From: Eledone cirrhosa
Taxonomy: Eukaryota
Assembly (NCBI GenBank): GCA_964016885.1
Contig: OZ024740.1
Location: 397,172,001 to 397,236,000 of the forward strand
Length of the DNA stretch: 64,000 nt
Direction of reading: 5' to 3'
Below, piece after piece: positions 57,657-64,000 of this stretch. The position numbers and the translations under genes are program-made. The notes beneath the pieces are model-generated. The model made no database searches. It was not told the DNA's origin and worked only from the letters and a program-made list of their open reading frames with translations. The number at the start of each line of letters is the position of its first letter. Position 1 is the stretch's first letter.

Positions 57657-60098
57657 ATGGAAAAACAATATTTAGGAACCTCCTTAAAAAACATACCAAT
57701 ACCTTCTAAGGACGACTTCTTACTCCTTATGATTCAGAAAACTAATAATTTTATCAGAAGGGTTAGATGGAGAGCCTACCACTTCGATAGAAAATCTATA
57801 CAAGCAGATCGGAAATATATGTATGATTTCAACACTTACAAGAATCCACCACACAACTTTTTACTTGAAGACTTCGAGAAAGACCTTTTTAATTTAATTA
57901 AACACCTCAAATTTAAAAAGTATAAATCCGTCTTTCAAAAGGACCTTGATTCTACCCTATTGGACCTAAAAAAGTCTAAAAAAATCCATGTCCACTCGGA
58001 CAAAACTGGTAACTTGTATCATATGGATATTGAACATTATAATGAGTTCATATATAAAGAACTCAGAAAAAATTATAAAAAATCTAATAATGTGTCACTC
58101 ACCAACATCAACAACAAAACACACAACATAGTAAAAAAACTAAATATTGAAGATAGAACTGAACCTTTGGCATTGAAAAGACCACACTTCAACCTGAAAG
58201 ATCACAAATCTAACTTTAACTCTAATCCTTCTATTAGACTTATATGTCCCTCCAAATCAGATATTGGAATAATTAGCAAAAAAATTTTAGATAGAGTCAT
58301 CCCACAAATAAGAAAATACGTTATTTTACCACTCTGGGAAAACACCTCCCAGGTAATTAATTGGTTTAAAAATATTAGGTGTAAATCTTCTGCTTCTTTC
58401 CTACAATTTGATATAGATAATTACTATTCTTCTATATCACCCATACTCCTGAACAAAGCATTAATATTTGCTAAAAATAGATCTAATTTAACTTCGGATG
58501 ACATTAACATTATTACACATGCTAGACAAACACTTATTGAATTTCAGAATGAATACTGGACCAGAAACACATACAGTAATCTTTTTGATATTACTATGGG
58601 TTCAAGCGATTCCGCCCAAATTACTGATCTTGTGGGCCTCTTTCTCCTTTTCAACATAAATGCCTCTTTTCCCCACCTCAAAGGTGGTTTATATCGTGAT
58701 GACTGTCTTCTTCTTTCTAACAACCTTAGCCTTTCAGAAATCGAAAAAAACAAAAAGCATATTAGAACTTTCCTTAAAGACTATTATAATCTTAATATTA
58801 CTTTTGAAAAAACAAGTAAAGTAGTAAATTTCCTAGATATAACTTTAGATTTAGCTACGGGTATATACCAACCTTACCATAAACCTAACCAAAACTTACA
58901 TTACATACACTCACAATCTAATCACCCTAAATCTATCCTTAAAAACCTTGCATATAATATATCACTTAGAATTTCTAACCTTTCTTCTAACCAAGATGTA
59001 TTTGATAAAAATGCGACCTTTTATAATGAAGCTCTAGATAGAAGTGGCCACAAAAATAGATTAGAGTATATACCTTCTACTAAAAATACTGAAAGCATAC
59101 AGCATAATATTACCAACAAACACCAAATGAAAAGTACACACCTAAATGCCACCCACAGTATACCCCAAAATACTAAATCTTCTAATATAAAGTATAGTAA
59201 CCCTCAAAAAACTACTCATCATACAACTATAATAAATATTAATAATAAAACTCCTAATAAAATAGATAAAACACCTAAATCTACAAATATAACTAAAAAT
59301 AGTTGTGGTGAGATCATTAACATTAATCCTCCTAGTAAAAATCATGATACAACATATAAAAATAATAAAAATAATAAACAACATAGAAACCGTAATAGAC
59401 GAGTTACTTGGTATAATGCTCCTTTTAATTTACAAGTTAAGGATAATATTGCTAAAAAATTTTTTTATATCCTTGAGAAAAACTTCCCGCCAAACCACAA
59501 ATACCATCAAATCTTAAATAGGTCTACAGTTAAATTCTCATACTCTACAACAAATAACATAAAACAAAATATAAGTGCATATAATGCATATAAATGTAAG
59601 AAAACCATAAGTATACCACCAGTACATCAAATTAACAATAATATCTCCTCAAATACAGAATTAACGAAAGGATGTAACTGTAGAAACAAAACAAACTGCC
59701 CATTAAAAGGGAATTGTCTTGTTAACAACATAGTCTATAAATGTAATGTTAAAACTAAAGATTCTATTTGCTCATATATAGGAGCTACCTCTAACAATTT
59801 TAAGACAAGGTATAATACCCACAAACATAGCTTTAAAAATGCCGCACTGGCTAATACAACATCTCTAGCAGAAAAAATCAATAGTTATAAAAATAAAAAT
59901 ATAAAATATGATTTGACCTGGAGTGTGCTCAAAAGAGCCACCCCTTATCAAAATAATAGAAAGGAATGTAGATTATGTTCCCAAGAACTATTTGAAATAA
60001 TGAAGTCTAGTGATATCTTATTAAATGAAAGACAGGAATTAATTATATCGTGTAATCATAAACTAAAAAAAACATTTAAATATTATAAACCTAATTAA
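57657..60098 (+). CDS. PLE polyprotein: reverse transcriptase + C-terminal GIY-YIG endonuclease (813 aa from first ATG)
   Basis: SLKNIP N-terminus; FDIDNYYSSI; FDITMGS; YRDD; VNFLDITL; YHKP; CNCRNKTNC (CxCx5C); IVY..YIGAT..FKTRYNTH; CRLC..E. No stops. Confidence 0.93.
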   Translation: MEKQYLGTSLKNIPIPSKDDFLLLMIQKTNNFIRRVRWRAYHFDRKSIQADRKYMYDFNTYKNPPHNFLLEDFEKDLFNLIKHLKFKKYKSVFQKDLDSTLLDLKKSKKIHVHSDKTGNLYHMDIEHYNEFIYKELRKNYKKSNNVSLTNINNKTHNIVKKLNIEDRTEPLALKRPHFNLKDHKSNFNSNPSIRLICPSKSDIGIISKKILDRVIPQIRKYVILPLWENTSQVINWFKNIRCKSSASFLQFDIDNYYSSISPILLNKALIFAKNRSNLTSDDINIITHARQTLIEFQNEYWTRNTYSNLFDITMGSSDSAQITDLVGLFLLFNINASFPHLKGGLYRDDCLLLSNNLSLSEIEKNKKHIRTFLKDYYNLNITFEKTSKVVNFLDITLDLATGIYQPYHKPNQNLHYIHSQSNHPKSILKNLAYNISLRISNLSSNQDVFDKNATFYNEALDRSGHKNRLEYIPSTKNTESIQHNITNKHQMKSTHLNATHSIPQNTKSSNIKYSNPQKTTHHTTIININNKTPNKIDKTPKSTNITKNSCGEIININPPSKNHDTTYKNNKNNKQHRNRNRRVTWYNAPFNLQVKDNIAKKFFYILEKNFPPNHKYHQILNRSTVKFSYSTTNNIKQNISAYNAYKCKKTISIPPVHQINNNISSNTELTKGCNCRNKTNCPLKGNCLVNNIVYKCNVKTKDSICSYIGATSNNFKTRYNTHKHSFKNAALANTTSLAEKINSYKNKNIKYDLTWSVLKRATPYQNNRKECRLCSQELFEIMKSSDILLNERQELIISCNHKLKKTFKYYKPN

Positions 60099-61834
60099 TA
60101 ACATTATTCTAGAATTTAATTTAATTTAAATGTTAGTTAACCTATAAATTTAATTTAATTAATATTTTATTACAGATGAGAAAATATTATGTAATCATAA
60201 ATTTTGAAAAACCTTTAAATATTACTAATATATACTCAGTAATTTAATTTATAGATTAATTTTAATTTATTTTAACCTTTTATTATAATTTTTTTTATTA
60301 TAATTCTTTTACAGATAAAATATAACAAAATAATATCATGTATCCTATGACGGAGAAAGAATTTTTAGTATTATAGACCTAATTAATATACATTTTGGAA
60401 ATATATTTATTATTTGGTTTTAGTTTTAATCAACATAAAACTTTAATTTTAATTTGCTTAAAATTAGTATCCTTGTACAGACGAATTGCAGAATGTCATG
60501 TAATCATAGAATGGGATGTGTTTTGGATATATACCTAGTTAATATATTCTGTGCAATTTTTTGAAAAAGATATGTATATCTATATGTATATGTATATGTG
60601 TGTGTTGTATGTGTATCTGTATGTATATTTATGTGACTATATATGTATATATGTGTATATATATGTATATATATATATATATATGTGTGTATATGTATAT
60701 GTATGTGTATGTGTATGTATATGTATATGTATGCGTATTAATTTTGATTTTTATTTGCATATAATTATATTATGCTATTGATGAAATACAATATCTGCTT
60801 TATGTATTATATACCTAATTAACATATACTAATTAACGTATACTATTGAAATAAATATATAATTTTTAATTTAGTTAACATATAATTTATATGCTACTAC
60901 CGATGTAATACTTTATTTTATTTTTATTTGGGTTTCTTTTCCCTATTACTAAATTCATCTCCTAATATTGATACCATAACGTTATTAACTTTAATTTAGT
61001 TATAATGTAATTAATAATCTACTACTGTTTGACTTCATAATTCTGCTTCGAATATTATAAACCTAACTAATTTACACCTTAGAAATCAATATGTTGACTA
61101 TCTTTGGTTTAGTTAACATATGATTAATGGTATACTTTTTTATTTTGAGATGCATAGATTTCGTATTTCCTAGCACTGAAAATATGTAAGAACATACATT
61201 GAATTAAGATACGGAAAATATTATATGTTTCTTGAAACATATATTTACTTTGATCCCCTTCTCCAAACCCCCCCTTTCCCCCATACTATTATCATCTGTT
61301 TTTGTAAGCGTATATGTATGAATATATGTGTAGGTGGGTGTCTATATAGGTTTTGGTATTTATTTCTAAATATAAAAATACATATATGAGCATGTAAATA
61401 TGAATGTAAGATTGAGTGTGTATATATGATTGTACATACATATGTATGTATATATATGTATATATATGTATTATATATGTATGTGTATGTGAATGTGTGG
61501 TATGTATATGTGTATGTATATGTATATATGTGTATGTATGTGTATGCTTGTATATAGGAATATATATATGTGTATATATGTATGTATATGTATATGCGTG
61601 TTTGTATGTATGTGTATATGGGTTCTGTATATATTTGTATGTCTCTCTATTTATATGTTTATCTTCGTATCTATGTGTTATATGTGTGTGTGTGTGCACG
61701 TATGCATATGTATGTGTTTGTGTGTGTTTGTATGTGTATGTGTATATATATGTGTATTTGCGCACACTCACATACACATATATATATATATATATGTGAG
61801 TGTGTATGTGTGTCTGTGTGGTTGTGTGTGTGTG

Positions 61835-61884
<50 letters not shown>

Positions 61885-62036
61885 GATATATATATATATA
61901 TATATATATATGTGTATATAGGTGTCTATGTGTGAATATATGTCTTTATTCGTATGTGTGTATTTATGTATGTATATATTTATGTGTATGTATGTGTGTG
62001 TATGTATGTATGTGTATATATATATATATGTATATA

Positions 62037-62077
<41 letters not shown>

Positions 62078-62370
62078 CTTTATTATTATTGTAATATAAC
62101 TTATGTGTATGTGTGTATAAGTGAGGTTGTGTATGTATATATACTATGTGTATATATAAGAGTAATGAAATATATATATATATATATATATGTGCATGTC
62201 TGTTTTTTATGTGTGTGTATATATATATATGTATGTGTATATGTGTATATATATATATATGTGTACGTGTGTGTATGTGGATATATATATATATATATAT
62301 ATATATACATGTGGGTGTTTGTATGTGTATTTATGGTGGTATGAGTGTGTGGATATATATGTTTGTGTAT

Positions 62371-62402
<32 letters not shown>

Positions 62403-62423
62403 GAGTCTATGTGTGTGTGTATA

Positions 62424-62462
<39 letters not shown>

Positions 62463-63574
62463 GTGTGTACGTGTTGCGCGTGAGTGTGTGTGTATTTATA
62501 TCTTTTTATATGTGTATGTGTATGTTCGTGTAAATGTATGTGTGTGTATGACTGTATAGGTATGTGTGTATGTATGTATGTGTAGATATCTCTATGTGCG
62601 CGTACATGTATGTATGTGTATGTATATCTGTATGTGTATGTACATTATATTATATTTATTATATTTTATTGTTTTTATTTTTTTATTTTTCTTAATTTAT
62701 AGATACATTTATATTAGGCAGTCTGGTCTGACAATCTAATACTGACCCCTCCACCCCCCTCCCACCTAATTTCTGTATCTTGATCTTGAAATGTGTGTAC
62801 CAGTGTTTTTATGTGAGTGACTTAATTTCTATTTGCTTATGATTTTATATCCACATATATAAATGTGAGTGGGGGAGTGTGTGTGTTTGTATGTTCGTGG
62901 TTATGTGTATATTTATGCATATACGCACATGTATGTGTGATTATACTGATATGTGTGAGTATGAAAAAAATATATTTATATGCTTGACTCCATAAGTATC
63001 ATTGCGTATCTTATCAGCGCATTAAGCTTACAGAGATATTAACCTTGAAATTTTGTGTTTGCATCCATCTTTTTACTATGCACATACAAATTATACACAC
63101 ATTATTGTAAAATATGTGTAAGGTTTTTACATGTATATACACACACCAAACTGCTTTTAACCCTTTGTGTTTTCATTGGTCAATTTTGAACTGATATTTT
63201 GAATTGTTGTTATTATCAATAAATATACTTCATTATTTCTGAAGACGGCGTATATATGAGTTAGGTATGTATATTTAATCTTGATAATTTGTATAATTTT
63301 GTATAATTTTGTACATAGATCTGTTAAATATGCATACCAATTATAACACATATATACCCTAGAAACGATCGTTAAATAGTGAACTTTTTTTGTTTAATAT
63401 AAGGAATTGTTTGTTCATTATTTGTTTAATATTTTATCTTGACTCTGTATACCGTTTATCTTTCACCGAAAGTGGATTTTCATTACATCTCTTCTTTCCA
63501 TGATATCCGGAATACATTGAGTTCTTCATACGGATTGGACACTACCGTAAACTCTTGGTAGATTTATCTACATA
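59759..63574 (+). repeat. 3' pseudo-LTR of the PLE (~3.8 kb)
   Basis: Direct repeat of 53693-57504 with few differences; ends GATTTATCTAC followed by (TA)n. Confidence 0.92.
63229..63383 (+). ncRNA. Type I hammerhead ribozyme with long stem II (3' pLTR)
   Basis: Copy of 57159-57313 at +6070. Confidence 0.78.
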
Positions 63575-63576
63575 TA

Positions 63577-63644
<68 letters not shown>

Positions 63645-63645
63645 C

Positions 63646-63694
<49 letters not shown>

Positions 63695-63817
63695 CATATA
63701 TATATATACATATATATATATACATATATATATATACATATATATATATATAGATATATATACATATATATATATATACATATATATATATACATATATA
63801 TATACATACATATATAT

Positions 63818-64000
63818 ATCATCATCATCATCATTTTACGTCCGCTTTTCCCTGCTTGCAAGGGTGGAACGGGTCTTATTCAGCACAGCATCTCTCCACT
63901 CGTCACGGTCCCTCGTCATCTCCACCGTGAGCTTCAATGATCTGAGGTCTGTTCTCACCACCTCCGCCCATGTTTTTCGTGGTCTACCTCTACCACGTCT
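63818..64000 (-). mobile_element. RTE LINE 3' end, third family
   Basis: (GAT)n tail; minus translation [25 protein letters not shown]; runs off the window. Confidence 0.85.

Larger units (their letters stand above)
53693..63574 (+). mobile_element. Penelope-like retroelement, Hydra-clade-like, apparently intact
   Basis: pLTR-ORF-pLTR organisation with hammerheads in the pLTRs, 3' end abutting (TA)n, and an inverted upstream arm. Confidence 0.9.

Overview
Eukaryotic, extremely (TA)n-rich, repeat-dominated genomic DNA. The SINE families and microsatellite load suggest an octopus or other coleoid cephalopod (inference). Almost all long Y/I/C/H-rich ORFs in the track are translations of microsatellites. 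The real content is a nested set of mobile elements sitting in (TA)n tracts. (i) An apparently intact Penelope-like element (PLE) has RT plus a C-terminal GIY-YIG and CxCx5C/CxxC motifs (Hydra-clade-like), ~3.8-kb direct pseudo-LTRs and a >=2.4-kb inverted upstream arm forming a giant palindrome. Each pseudo-LTR carries a type I hammerhead ribozyme with a ~116-nt stem II. (ii) Two further, unrelated hammerhead-bearing fold-back inserts lie at ~650-1420 and ~21250-21480. (iii) About ten RTE-clade LINE copies from at least three families are present; the two main families carry a PHD-like finger inside RT. (iv) There is also a CR1/L2/Jockey-group LINE, tRNA-SINEs, a recurrent ~600-bp non-coding element, hAT/mariner/piggyBac remnants, and a 2.8-kb 48-bp minisatellite grown out of an RTE-type 3' tail. 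One candidate host first coding exon (minus strand, 21941-22040) is seen. A 200-N gap lies at 51078-51277.
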